A DNA stretch of 64,000 nucleotides from Octopus vulgaris (taxonomy: Eukaryota), in contig OX597816.1 in assembly GCA_951406725.2 (NCBI GenBank), positions 75,950,001 through 76,014,000 of the forward strand, written 5' to 3'. A model generated the notes under the pieces. The model saw nothing but the letters and a program-made list of their open reading frames with translations. It was not told the origin of the DNA and searched no databases. Each line of letters starts with the position of its first letter. The stretch's first letter is position 1. The translations under genes were made by a program, and so were the position numbers. Shown here one piece after another: positions 16,330 through 30,205 of the stretch.

Positions 16330-16578
16330 TTGTCGCCGCTGCTACTACAACTACTCGTATAGTGACAAAATGACATTATTAGTAGTACCATGATATTGTG
16401 CAAGAATGATGATAAATGCGGCAACAATGATATATCGATGTTCATGTTTACACCGTTTTATGAACTGGTGTTGTGTATGCATCTCCCTTTGTGTTCAGTA
16501 ACGTAGTGACTTGACAAATGATTACCGATACAATAAATATCACACTGAAATAAAAAATGTAATCTATATGATCAGCTA

Positions 16579-16870
16579 GTGGAGGCACATGGCCTAGTGG
16601 TTAGAGCAGCGGACTCGCGGTCGAGAGATCGCGAGTTCGAATCTCAGACCAGGTGATGTGTGTGTTTATGAATGAAACACCTAAGCCCGACGCGGTTCCG
16701 GCAGGAGGTAAAGGCGAACTTCTGCTGACTCTTTTGCCACAACTGTCTCTTACTCTTTCCTCGTGCATCTAGCAGCTCACCTGCGACGGACCGGCATCCC
16801 GTCCAGGTGGGGATCCTATACGCCAATGAAACCGGCCCTTATGAGTCAGGCATCCTTCGAGAAGGAACAA
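16579..16870 (+). mobile_element. tRNA-derived SINE (head C + V-like tail)
   Basis: A box TGGCCTAGTGG, B box GTTCGAATC. Head shared with 23965-24330; tail CCTGCGACGGACCGGCATCCCGTCCAG shared with 19007-19202. Confidence 0.85.
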
Positions 16871-17214
16871 ACACATATGATCAGCTAAACAACTCTTGCA
16901 GGTGGATCCTCAGTATGTCATAAGTCAATAATTGAAACTTGTAAGAAGAATTATGAAAAATATAGGATAATGTAAGTTCTAGATACAGTATGGCCGAAAA
17001 TAATGACAGTTTGGACACGGTTGGAGATGAATTGATCATATACCTGGTTCGATCATGGCTAAAATGTGACATTATAATATGTACAGTAATGACGACAAGA
17101 GCAAGAATAAGAATGAGAAAGAGGAACAATAAATGTAATACCAATATTGTAACAATATGTGCCACAGCAGAGTTAGTAACAGTAATTGCAGCAGTAGATT
17201 TGACACTACTAGCA

Positions 17215-17700
17215 ACTACCACATCATCATCATCATTACCATCACTATTGTGTCGTCGTTGTTGTCGTTGTTGTCGTTGCTGTCATCGTTGTCGCTGTCA
17301 CCGTCGTCGTTGCCATCGTTGTCGTCGTCGTCATCCCCACCACTACCATCATCATCATCATCATCATCATCGTTATCATACACAGTCATCATCATCTTGA
17401 TCACCATCACATCGTCGACATCATTATCATCATCATCATCATCATCATTGTTATCGTCGTCTTTGTCGTCGTCCAATTTCTCTTCCTCCTCCACCCTATC
17501 CTCACCCTCATAAGTAACAAGAAGAGTAACAATGCAAATAATAACTCCAGAATAGAAAATATAACCGCAACAATTACAAAGAATTATATCAACAATAGCA
17601 ACAACAACAACAGCAATAACAATAGCCATAAATGAAACAGCAACAACAATATCCACAGCAACAACAACAACATCATCAACCATAACATTAATAACAGCAT
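17215..17700. repeat. Degenerate (ATC)/(GTC)/(AAC) trinucleotide low-complexity region
   Basis: Directly visible. Confidence 0.85.
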
Positions 17701-18439
17701 GCAACTACCAAAACGGATGAATTACATCGTCGAATGCTGAAATGTTAACACTGATTGTGTCAAATATACTATTGTAACATTTCCGATATTCACATGAATA
17801 ATGACATGCAATCTTTGAAAAGGCTCAGTCGGTTGCTCTCACTGCTTTCCAGGATATTTTCAATTAATGGTTTCTGTGTGGATATTAAAGGTGATTCTAT
17901 TATTACGAAACTGTTTTTCGTCGTATATTGGTTACTTTTATGATATTAATCTCCCTCTGTTTTCTTTATGAAAAATGCTCTATTTTGTTCTATAATGTTA
18001 AAAGTATTAACAATAGCATTATGTACACGTGACGAATAAGCGGCCCAATATGGGATAATGTAGCGATTCGTACGATCAATATATCTATTGGGAGTTTCTT
18101 AACGTTCTTTTAACTTTAAGCTGATTATATCAGATGCATAATAGATGCCGCCCTCGTCTTCATAACCATCTCTAATACTCTCTACAATAACCTACAATCC
18201 TATAAAGAGAAGATCAGGTAAAAATGTGGCACAGGTTATATCATTTGCATATTTATACTAACGCATAAATTTGGGATAGGTTATTGTACTTCCTCTAAAG
18301 AACTCTTATCTTGGAACTACTTCTAGTATTCCGTAATGAGGTCCAATTCTTCCTATTTTTACACTTGATTCCATCTACTTTATTCTCCACTTCTAAATAA
18401 TGTTTTTATTGGTTTCAATCCGGAATAGTAGTGAGACTA

Positions 18440-18695
18440 TAACTGCAGGTGATATGATTTAAAACAGGTGACAATTTAAAACAGGTAACACAAAGCAAGT
18501 AATATATCTCTGAACAGGTAATACAGCATAAAGCAGATAATATGAATTAAACAGTTAATGAACATAAAACAGATACTACTAAATAAAACAGGCAATGCGT
18601 ACTAATTAAAACAGGCAATAAATAAACCGCTAACAACACAAGCGACAGATGTGACTACATAAAACAGGTAATATAACTTACAACAGTTGTTACAG
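18440..18695. repeat. Degenerate minisatellite with core AAACAGGTAA, ~15-22 bp spacing
   Basis: About a dozen variants of AAACAG(G/A/T)T(A/G)A in ~250 bp. Confidence 0.7.
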
Positions 18696-19006
18696 CTTTA
18701 AAAAGTAACGGAATTCTTACATCAAACGAAATATAATTTCCTCACAATAACTTTCTATCGACTGAAACTCTACAAACACATACTTTCCTTGTATCTTTCT
18801 CTTCTCCCTTTCTAACAACTTGACAAAGACTATATAAAATCAAAAACATTCCAAGTATAGTATGACGAAGGCAAAAAAGCCGAAATTTTGAAGTTACTGT
18901 CATTCTTGTCCTTATAAAAGACACACACACATACACACACACACACACCACACACAGACATGCGCGCACACACACATATATACATGTATATAAAAATAAT
19001 AATAAA

Positions 19007-19202
19007 TGCGCCCTTTTAAAGCCTAGCCCGGCTCATGGGCTCGGTTCCCTGGTTTCTATGGCGTATGTGTTCCCCAGCTGGACGGGACGCCAGCCCATCG
19101 CAGCGTTACTCACTTTTGCTAGCTGAGTGGACTAGAGCAACGTGAAATGAAGTGTTTTGCTCAAGAACACAACTCGTCGCCCGGTCCAGGAATCGAAACC
19201 AG
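19007..19202 (-). mobile_element. SINE fragment (CORE-like body + V-like tail)
   Basis: Minus strand: GGTTTCGATTCCTGGACCGGGCGAC..TTGTGTTCTTGAGCAAAACACTTCATTTCAC...GCGATGGGCTGGCGTCCCGTCCAG. Confidence 0.8.
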
Positions 19203-21404
19203 TTCTATGGGGAGGGCTTAGGAAGTGAGGAAGTGATGGAGTGTTGTGTACATGTATAGCTGAACATCTGTGTAAAGAGATAACTAAGGGGGGGGGGGGC
19301 AAACACTGTAGATTGCAGGTGGTTAGCTAGGAGAACTTGTGGGTAGAGTGGGATTTGAGTGTAGTATAGATGAAAGGGAGGCGTGGAAGGAGGAAAAATG
19401 GGGAAGACAGTAGAGAAAAACGGCGGTGTGAAAATATGTAAATAATTTACGAAAACAGGTGCCAATTCAGATGAAAAGTTAGAAAGTTGCTAAAATGTAA
19501 CAAAAATATTCAAGAAGAAAGATAGACTATCGGAAGAAAAAGAATTTATGCATGAAAGAGTATGTAAAGTAGGAAGGATTTTATCACAAGGTAGAGATTA
19601 AAACAGGATGGTTAAAAATGTGATGAAAAACGTGGAGAGAAGTCTGTGGCAGAAAAATTAAAAGGAGTAGTTGAAAATGGAGGAAGCATCGTAAAAAGAA
19701 TATAAAAAGGGTTGTTATTAAAAAAGGATAGCATAAAAATATAGAGAGAAAAAAGTTATTTGAGTCAGGAAATTGATGACAGAGCGGAAATTGTTGATGA
19801 AATCTAACTGAGGTAACGTTCCCAGTAAGGCCAGTGAGTGAAAATAAAGTTAATCGAATGTCACAGAGAGAAACAGGAATGGATTAAAGATTGGTTGGTG
19901 ATGTTTGTTGTGAGACGAAATTGAAGGAACTAGTAGAACAAGGGATGAATTGTATAAAGAAGGCGAAAACGTGTTGCAAATTACACTGACAACAAAATGA
20001 ATATACTTCCTTTGCCTTAAACTGGAATATACCAAGCCTTGATATCGCTCTTGTTCTCCCTTCAAGACAAGTCTCAGTTTCTCAAGTTTTCTTTCTTTCT
20101 CTGCCCCTAGTTTTTCTTTCATTTATTGACATATTCACACACAAACACTAAAACACATTATATGATCGAAAATAGATTTTTCTATTCTGTAGTAAAGTAC
20201 ATTGTAAAGTACCTTCGCTCCGTTGTGTTGTCTCAGTTTGATGAAAAGTTAAAAAAAGGAAATGAGTTTTCCTCCACTAAGCGGGCAAAATTAATGGACT
20301 GTATTAGTTTTATGGGCATGTTTCGTGGACATTGGTAACAGATTAATGAGCATCACATATACGAAAAATGATTGACGAATAAGAAGCCGAATACACAAAT
20401 AAAAAGATATATTGGCCGCTAGCCACATATCTAGTTATATCATGTAACAAAACCATATATATGTTATTATTTAATTAAATTTTGACTTTATTATAGTATG
20501 AGTGTAAATAAATGAAAATACCAGCGAAATTTGATAGAAAAAACCCGACGAAATCGCAGTTACAAATAACTCCTTGGTCTAAAGGTATTTATGCATATAT
20601 GCACATATATATGTGTGTGTGTGTGTGTTTAGATATATATATATATACATGTGTTTGTATGAATATGTGTGTATACATATACACACACGCATACACATAT
20701 CAATACACATACACACACATACACTCTCGTTCACACCCACACACATAAACTTTAAAACAACATTTAACTCATGGTTACATTCGTTATATTTCATAAAATC
20801 TTATTAAATTCAGAATTTAGTCTATAACTATTGTGTGTATGCGTGTGTGCATATGTGCGCACGTGTGTCTATAGTGGAGATTTGTAAACAATGCAAATAC
20901 GTTTTCCCGATATATATGAATAAGCTTACCATAGGTAAGAATCTCGAGATGTGCCGGCCATAGATCAAAGACTTAAAAAGAAAACTAAAAAGATATTGAA
21001 ATCAATGAAGAGTCCTAATCCCGGCGTTCAGAATTCAGATACTAACAAAAATTCATGCCGTAACTCAGTCTAAACCTAGCAGTTTCTTTATGAGAGGCAC
21101 AGATGTGTTTGATGAACCTTTGTCATAATAGTACTTTCAAGTCACTTGTAGGTAGACATCGTAGTTTAACAACATTTTCTTAGCCCTTATTCTGTTCTGG
21201 GATGAAAAATGAATTATTCTTGGTATTAAGATTATGTTATATTAACAAAAAAGTTATAGTTTATACCTTATTTCTTTTAAATAAGGATCTAAACAGGCTT
21301 AGTCTTGCTAAGTGTTTGAAGATCAAAGTCTAATAAAAGAGAAATGGATGCAAATTGAATACAAGGATAATTAGGTCATGCAAGTTCCTCATACATTAAT
21401 ATCT

Positions 21405-21655
<251 letters not shown>

Positions 21656-21717
21656 TGTTGGCAGACGAAATAGGGATAAGAATGTGCATTGTCCGTTTGA
21701 TTGGAAAATTTCTATAG

Positions 21718-21803
21718 GTGGCTGAAGATTGTTCGACATTTTAAAAGTGATGTAATACTTACAGTGTTTAATAAAATGAAGTAGCATGAAACGATCGTAC
21801 CAC
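21718..21803 (+). ncRNA. Type I hammerhead ribozyme motif (PLE pLTR type, long stem II loop)
   Basis: Stem I GTGG/CCAC, core CTGAAGA...GAAA, stem II TGTT/AGCA, palindromic stem III ACGATCGT, GTA cleavage triplet. Confidence 0.75.
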
Positions 21804-21884
21804 ATTACCTCGGATATACTTGTTGCTTATTTTGATTGTAATCAACCCATGGATTTATATGAATAATACCATGCAACATTCTGG

Positions 21885-21931
<47 letters not shown>

Positions 21932-22559
21932 TACAAATATATATACGAACATGTGGATATAAGTCTACACATGCACAAGCGTGCATACATACATGCATAC
22001 ATGCATATACCTACCTGTACACACACATGCGCACACACGCACACGCATACACACACACACACAAACACGTATGTATCTGTGTTAGTACGTGGTTTACGAA
22101 ACAAACTTGAGACAAGCTTTTGAATAATTTGAATAATTCAAGATGACAGGAAAACATTGAAATTGAATCGCCCAGACACGGAAATCAACCCATGTGATTC
22201 TGTTTATTTCTGCTTATATGAAATTTTACGCATATATTCTAGAAAGAAGACGCGTAACAGCGTTAGCGTATGTGTGAAAAGCTAAAAAATTCAATTCGGC
22301 TTTTGCATCAGATAAAGAAGAAGCATTATAAATGTAAATATACACGCAAGACTTGCATACAAATATTCCACAGAAGCAAACCACGTAGACTTATTGAAAT
22401 TAATCAAATACTATTGATATAGATAATATAAATAATTTGTAACTTCTATGACATTTTATTATCTCCTGGTCATGCATACACACATATATACACATATAAG
22501 AAACGAGATCGTTTCTTATATGTGTATATATACACATATAAGAAAATCTCTGTTCGAGG

Positions 22560-23560
22560 TAGAAAGCAGTATACAAAGCGGAAAGTATTGCTTATGACCA
22601 CTCTAATATGGCTGTCCTCTAAGAGACGACAATACTGCCATTTAACCCCAGAAAGGCACATCCTCGAGCTGCTTTATTCAGTGAGATTTTCGCACTCGAT
22701 ATTTATTGCAAGTGGGAGATAACTCCTGCCATCCTAGCTCCGAGACCACCAGACCATGTGGTTTCGATCCGTATTGGATCTCATTGGTGAGTACTCGCTC
22801 CCCTGGCATGTCAGCTCCTCCTATCGGTAGTGTAATGATCTAGTGTTAACATCTGTCTCATATATGGTCAAGTGCATAGGTTCCTTAGACTCGACAGTTA
22901 CAACTGGGTGTGGGCTCTTGGTGTTATTCTCGTGTAATGATGTTTTTCATACTGGGGTAGCTGCTATATAATTTCACTGGGTGCCTGTAAAATATTTTCC
23001 TGCACTTGTAATTTTCTGGAAAGTGTTTACCCAAGAGAGACAGGAATATTTACCTAAGTTAGCTTTTACGTCAAGGGAAGCAGGGTGGGAACAACCAGAT
23101 TATTTTTCTAGGTCTAGTTTTAGGTCTATTATTATTAATATTATTATTGTTATATTTATTAAAATCAGAGGGGTTATATATTAATTTCTCTTTAAAGCCA
23201 CTATTGGCTAGAAGATTGTTGTAATAGGGGGTTGCCTTCTCGAAAATTTATTTAGAGGAAGAGGGGTTATAAACTCTTTTACTAATGTTACCTAACAGGT
23301 TTTTAAATTCTATAATGTGGGATGTAACATGAGTATTTATGTATATAAGAAGGTTTCTTGTTTGGGCTTATTATAAGTTTTATAGGAGAAGGTGTTTAGG
23401 TCTAGGGAAACATCTAAACTAATAGTAGCACATAAAACATATATTGTGTTTATTAAATAATACTAGAAGAGAAACCATCCTCCGGGCGGTTTTCTGCTAG
23501 ACCCATAAGAATATCTTCACATTTGATTCCCAATTCAATAATTTTTATATTTTACGTCTA
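22560..23560 (-). mobile_element. Decayed Penelope-like element (RT thumb relic + terminal HHR-like motif)
   Basis: Minus strand 23180-23360 reads KPSYIHKYSC...NLLGNISKRVYNPSSSK*IFEKATPYYNNLLANSGFKEK, typical of the PLE RT C-terminus. Confidence 0.6.
22747..22789 (-). ncRNA. Hammerhead-like motif with damaged core
   Basis: CACCA-ATGA-GATCC aatac GGATC-GAAA-CCA ca TGG-TC-TGGTG. All three stems are present but the CTG of CTGATGA is missing. Confidence 0.6.
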
Positions 23561-23768
23561 ATTATTTCTTTGTATAATAGTTCACATTTGCTTAGTAAAT
23601 TTTGCTTTCATTATTTTATCACAGTCATAATCTCTCTTTTTAAACAAACACCAAGTAAGTCCAACTACGCAGGGGGTTGAAACAGTTTGTCACGTTTTAC
23701 CTTCCCCTCAAAACAACATAGTGATTTCAATTCAGCAGCCCATCTGTAATCTTTGCAGTGTGTGTGTG

Positions 23769-23769
<1 letters not shown>

Positions 23770-23831
<62 letters not shown>
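23770..23831. repeat. (GA)n microsatellite
   Basis: Directly visible. Confidence 0.95.
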
Positions 23832-23834
<3 letters not shown>

Positions 23835-23964
23835 GTAGAGAGAACATTGCAAACAATGAATGAAATAAACATGAAATGAAAAATCGTATGTAATAATAGG
23901 GCATAATTACAGATATATATGCCCCAAATTTGTTGCCTCATAACATCCAGAAAATATATATGGA

Positions 23965-24330
23965 AGCACCCCGTCGGTTACGACGATGAGGGTTCCGGTT
24001 GATACGAATCAACGGAACAGCCTGCTCGTGAAATTAACGTGTAAGTGGCTGAGCACTCCACAGACACGTGCACCCTTAACATAGTTCTCGGGGATGTTCA
24101 GCGTGACACAGAGAGTGACAAGGCCGGCCCCTTGAAATACAGGTACAACAGAAACAGGAAGTAAGAGTGAGAGAAAGTTGTGGTGAAAGAGTACAGCAGG
24201 GATCACCACCATCCCCTGCCGGAGCCTCGTGGAGCTTTAAGGTATTTTCGCTCAATAAACACTCACAACGCCCGGTCTGGGAATCGAAACCGCGATCTTA
24301 TGACCGCGAGTCCGCTGCCCTAACCACTGA
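23965..24330 (-). mobile_element. tRNA-derived SINE (head C + different 3' tail)
   Basis: Minus strand CAGTGGTTAGGGCAGCGGACTCGCGGTCATAAGATCGCGGTTTCGATTCCCAGACCGGGC matches the head of 16579-16870; the 3' half differs. Confidence 0.85.
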
Positions 24331-24699
24331 AATGTATACTTTTTAAAGAAATTTTCTACAAATACTGCATAGATGTTGTGGCCTCTGAGTATATAGGGAT
24401 TTATGGGAAATAATTTTTCCGAGAGGGTGGAGGGAAGAGTTTCGGAAAATTCACTTGATCTGACTGTTTCCCCTCATAATTTTCAGGAAAATGGGTATCT
24501 TTTAATGAAAGTTTATACAAATACGTTTGAAGCTGCATGATTACGATTATAAAGAAACTTGTGGACATTTTTTTCCAAGGGGGTAGGGAGAGGAGTTTCG
24601 GATCAGGAAGATCCAATAAGTTGGGACTACTTTGTTTTGACGGAGATTTTCCCTATTTTTTAAAAATCACAACCTTCCAAATGATTGGGGTGGTGGGGC

Positions 24700-25525
24700 A
24701 TCTTTGTATGAAATATGTTTTGAAAATTTATTTTACAACTCTGCTCCCTGATCATCCCACTCCAGACCTATTTTGAGCAATTTTCCTTGCACTTCGGCAA
24801 AAAAAAAAAAAAAAATTGCTAATATTTTCAGAGGGAATAGTGAGTGATTTAATGGAGAGTTGGTTGTTGTTTCTAGCACATTGCAAGACAATCCTTCTCG
24901 TTTCTTTATCACACTCGCATGTATTGATGCTTTTCAATATTGTTCTCCCCATAAATACATTTATATGCTATAAAAAAATAAAACTTGAAAAATTATGATT
25001 TCTTTGCAACCCCACTCCTTGCCCCCGATTGTTTCTGCTTATGATTTAAAATGTTGAACAGCCCGTGAAGATATTTGCTGAAATTTATCCACAGTGATTT
25101 AAAAAAGAGTTACGTAAACGATAATTCATTTTAATAGCATAATTTTATGTTAGAAAACGTTTTGTTTTTCTAACAGACACACGGCTTCGCTTGATTGAGG
25201 CAGAGGCAAACATTTAGATTACAATTTTTTTGTTGCTTATTTTCCACAAATGGACCACGCGTACTTCGAGATCATCATTCCATAAAATGTGTTTAATAGG
25301 AGAAAAATATTGAAAAAACATCAATACATGTGAGTGAAAACGGAGGATGATTTACGTTGTGCTAGAAACCTCCCTTGAATTGTTCACTTTTTCCTCTGAA
25401 AATATTACCATAAATTTTTTTTGTATCGAAAAGGTTCCTTCCATGGCTTTTCAGTTAAAAAAAGATGGCCAAAATCGGTCGGGATAGTTGTTATTGTAAG
25501 GTTTATAGCATTTCAAATAGTCATA
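24700..25525. mobile_element. Old fold-back/MITE-like element with long degenerate inverted arms
   Basis: 24820-24965 (AATATTTTCAGAGG..TTTCTAGCACA..CATGTATTGATG..TTCAATATT) is the reverse complement of 25280-25410. Confidence 0.6.
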
Positions 25526-25769
25526 ACAGCAAAATCCCTTCTTAATTTTTTCTTACAAAAATTATAGCTGTGTATATAAAAAAAAAAATTCATTCAATAA
25601 ATAATGTTTTTACTTTAACAATATAGAATAAATTGTGAGTTTTGCAAATACCGAATTAAAACTTGAAACGAAAACATTGAAATAGAGAGTGAGAGACTTT
25701 GCAAATGAAAACGGAATACACCACTGTGAATGCAACGAATATTTAAATTTGTGAAAATTAGTTCTCTTG

Positions 25770-26110
25770 ATCATTTAGGGGGTTGTACGTGGATATGTAT
25801 GATAGAGCTTTTGCTTGTAAATCTTTCTTTAATCGTGGATGTTGAGTTGTAGGGCACGTTGAAAGCCTATATCAATTAGTGATGTGGATAGTTCCTGCTG
25901 ATGAGTGTATCCTTTAGCTCATGTAGTCGTGTGTCCCTGGTTCTTGTATCAGATACTATAGTGCAAATCCTTTTGCCAGGTTGTAAGAGATATTCATTCT
26001 AGTGTGTTTGGGGTGGCAAGAGTCGAATGGCAGATGTTGCTTGGAGTCAATGGGCTTATTGTAGATGTCTGTTTCTATTTTGTTTTTGGATTTTGTTGCT
26101 TAAACCATCA
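25770..26110 (-). mobile_element. Penelope-like element RT thumb fragment
   Basis: Minus strand reads IETDIYNKPIDSKQHLPFDSCHPKHTRMNISYNLAK/ICTIVSDTRTRDTRLHELKDTLISRNYP. Confidence 0.8.
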
Positions 26111-26175
26111 TTTCTCTGTACCCAAACTATTTCTTCAGATTTACTACTACCCACCTACGAAGCATTCACAAAGAA

Positions 26176-26224
<49 letters not shown>

Positions 26225-27839
26225 AAGGGAGAGACTGAGACAGACAGACTATCTGAAGACTATGGAAATATCCAATTTAATTGTTTTTCTTATTTTACTC
26301 TTAGTTGGAAAAGTCTAAAAGACGGAAAACTGTACTAAAGTGTACTTCATGATAAAAAAATATTCTAGCATTTTCTACCTTGTCTTATTTTACTTATACA
26401 TATCAACTCGTGTGTTACTTTTCTACCCTCTACATACATACATACATACATACATACATACATACATACATACATACATACATACATACAAGTGGTTGTT
26501 TAGGCTTAAAGATTCGGGAGCTTAAGTTCCTTGCGCCAATAGTCTAAGTCTGTTTTAAAGGCACTGTTGTCCTAAAAGGGAGTAAGTGTTCTGTGATGTA
26601 TACAATAGCGGCATATTTGCGTTTGATTTTGCCGGAACGTATAAAAAATAAATAAGCAGATTATCATTTATTTACGTACTTTATTCGTGAAAGCAGTCTC
26701 CAACATGGCCATAGTCCAATGACTAAAACCAATGAATTAAAATATGCTTTTAGACACATGTCTATGTACGTTTTAGACTGCGTATGTAGTTATTCTTTAA
26801 TATTTGTTTTCAGTTTTCTCTTAACGCGGCCTGATATAAATTGTTGTATCTATATAGAAAGTGTTTCCCGAAATAAATGATTGTATCTATACAGAAAATT
26901 GCTGCCAGATATATAAGTGCCAAGCTAAAATAATATAATTTATTATACAAGATTATACTTAAGCATACAGTCTAAAGAATTTTGCTAATATATTCTATGT
27001 TCACAGTAAAACAGTATTGGTAACAGACCAGCTTCAGATTGTTTTTACTACTTATTACAGTGTTGACGATACTAATGGTGCCTTGATTCCTGCATACACA
27101 TAACCAGACACACTCATACACACGTGACACATATACATAAAATGCATACAATTACAAACACACATATGTATGTGTATGTCTGTAAGCATGTGCATCCTTA
27201 TATATACATATATATATATATATATGTCAAATCATGTGTAGGTATGAATTGATGCGCTATCACTGACCCCAATATAATCACTGCAGCAACGAACAAAATC
27301 CTTAGTACATTGGGAGTTTCTACTAAGGCTCTCGTAGAAATAACTGTTAAATACACTGCACACATTACTGTATGAAATAAAAAAAAATTGTACCTATACG
27401 TCACATAAACAAGCGTGACTTACCATTGGAATGTTTGTCATCATAGGTCTGCTCGCTAAGTCCTGCCATGGGGCTTAAACAACAACAACAGCAACAAAAA
27501 ACGGGTATACATTATGCATTATAAATGTTCGTTACTCATAGAATAGATGACCGCGTTATCAAAACAGCAAACAGAATACTCATTACACTCAATCATAAAT
27601 TAGCTTGATAATATATTGTAAATACAGAAAGAATAAATCTCTCTTCAACAATCGCAAACATACAAATCACTGAATACACTGCAAATGACCAATGTACATT
27701 AGACATACTTGTGCTAACAAGAAAATTATAAAGGCTATGACGCTAATTGTTTCATCGGGCGTACATTTTACGTTCTTTCTTATCAAGTGATTTTTGCATT
27801 TACAAGGAGTCATTACTCAATCATAAAATGCAATACACA

Positions 27840-27916
<77 letters not shown>

Positions 27917-29063
27917 ACACGCACACACACACGCACACAAATACATACACGCAAAAAAATCTACATAGGAAAATATTCGTCGATATGTAATGGAAATGAG
28001 AACACACATGGCAAGAAAGTTCGTAATAAAAACTATATTAATTACAAAGTAGAGCGCAGAAATTAATGCACGGACTGCAAATCCTCGTGTCAAAAAATCA
28101 GCAGAAAATATGGTTAAAGTATTCCCTGAATGAATGAATAAATCATTTTGAACTAAATGTGCGAATTTAAGAATGAGAAAAGGCGATATTGTCCCCAGTA
28201 TTCTACGTGCAAAAAATATCAACCAACAAAATCATTTTAACTCAAGATGTGACAATTACGTCTTTGGATAATTGCCATAGAAACATAAATATAAAGAATA
28301 CCAAAGAAATATGAATTCAGATTTAGGAGATAGCTATGTTTTTGGTGATAAATGAGTAGCTGCATTTATTTTGTAAACAAAGAAAATTTTGTTCATTCTC
28401 ATATTGAGATTTTCCGTTATCTCGCGTTTAGTTCCTTCAGGAGACTATTGCTCACTTTTCTATTTCTAATGTTCTAGATTAATTGAAAAACAGTTCTTTT
28501 ATGAATAGCAGAAGTAGATTTTAGGCAATTGTTAGTCATTAAGATACATTTGAAACTGCACAATTTACTGCTTATTTATCTAGAAAAATCAACGGTACAG
28601 TCTTCTAATGGTATGGTCGTTTTTGTTCTATCAGGTGTTTAAAATAAAATTTTGTTAGACGGAATGTTGATGTGCTATGTAGACTTCTCTTCTGTTTGAA
28701 GCTAATAAGATAATGGTAATTATAGAAACTAAATTTAGAATTAAATTGTTTGCTAGGACAAAGAAGACTCAGTGTTATTATATCAAAGTAAATATAAAAA
28801 TTTAGCTTGAGTTTTTTTTTGTTTTAATGTCCAAATTTCCTCAGCTACTTTCCCGCACTTTCTCTCCATCTATATATACTTCGTCACCTTTTCATAAACT
28901 TATATTAAGCTTCCTCCTTTCTTCCCTTCTCTACTTAATTTATTAAGATTATACAGCGCTCCAATCTCAAAAGTTATTATTTACACATTGCAAAGAGTTT
29001 CTCCTTCGAACATACAACAGATACAAAAAGTATTTTGACATGTATATATCTATATATACATAT

Positions 29064-29362
29064 GCAGCGTGCGGTGAATATATTGTCGTCTAAATTATGC
29101 AAAAATGAAAATAACACTGACATCTCATTTCAACACATATAGTTACCAAAATTACATAAAATATTTTGAAATACTAAAGAGTAAATTCAATTAATAAAAT
29201 CGCCATTGGCTTCAACCACAGACTCTAGACGACTTTGGAATCTCCGGCAACCCTTCTAGACGGTCTCTTTGTTTAAGATGGTGAAGGCTTCCACAATTCT
29301 TGCCTTTAGTTCATCTTTGATGTTAAAGGAGTTTTGTTGGTCTCTCGCTCAATTGCGCCCCA
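29064..29362 (-). mobile_element. Tc1/mariner-superfamily 3' relic
   Basis: Minus strand WGAIERETNK../KDELKARIVEAFTILNKETV*KGCRRFQSRLESVVEANGDFIN* (transposase C-terminus); terminal CAGCGTG at 29065. Confidence 0.75.
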
Positions 29363-29517
29363 TGCGCAAACAAATATATTCTTGCATATATGTGTACATA
29401 ATGCATATGTATGTATGTGCATGTGTCTATGTATGCACATATATACATATACAGAAATATATATATATATATATGCATACACATACATACATAAATTCAT
29501 GCATATATATATATATG

Positions 29518-29752
29518 TTGGGTTAGCGCATAATTATTGCGGCTTTTTTTCAACAAATTTCTTTCAACAAAAACAATAACAGCACGTAACAAAAACTTCT
29601 TTAAATGATTATACCGGAGCATATTCGCCATCTACTTCAATTACTGCTTTCCATTTGCTTGCCAGAGGGTCAGACAGTCATTTAAAGATGTTTTTGTTGA
29701 ATATTGTTCTTGATTTTGTTGTAAAAAACCGCAATAATTATCACCAGCCCAA
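29518..29752. mobile_element. Mariner-type MITE, copy 1
   Basis: TIRs TTGGGTTAGCGCATAATTATTGCGG / CCGCAATAATTATCACCAGCCCAA (Hsmar1/MADE-like), set in TA repeats, with additional internal inverted repeats. Confidence 0.85.
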
Positions 29753-29754
29753 TA

Positions 29755-29815
<61 letters not shown>

Positions 29816-29890
29816 CATATGTTTGCATGTAAACATAGACATACACAGTCGTGTATACTGTGCGGATGCAATATATGTACATACATACAT

Positions 29891-29961
<71 letters not shown>

Positions 29962-29965
<4 letters not shown>

Positions 29966-30205
29966 GTTAGTGCATAATTATTGCGGCTTTTTTTCAACAA
30001 ATTTCATTCAACAAAAGCAATAATGTAACAAAAACATCTTGAAATGATTATTCCGGAGCATACTCACCATCTACTTCAATTTCTGCTTTCCATTTGCTTG
30101 GCAGAGGGTCAGACCGTCATTTAAAGATGTTTTTGTTAAATATTGTTATTGATTTTGTTGTATAAAATTTGTTGTAAAAAACCGCAATAATTATCACCAA
30201 CCCAA
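29962..30205. mobile_element. Mariner-type MITE, copy 2
   Basis: Same TIRs and interior as copy 1; TA on both sides. Confidence 0.85.

Noticed and set aside
16579-16655. tRNA-like sequence with A and B boxes
   Set aside because: Continues into a SINE body shared with another copy; no clean acceptor stem or poly-T terminator.
18440-18695. CRISPR-like repeat-spacer appearance
   Set aside because: Repeats are short and degenerate, spacers are far too short, the context is eukaryotic and there are no cas genes.
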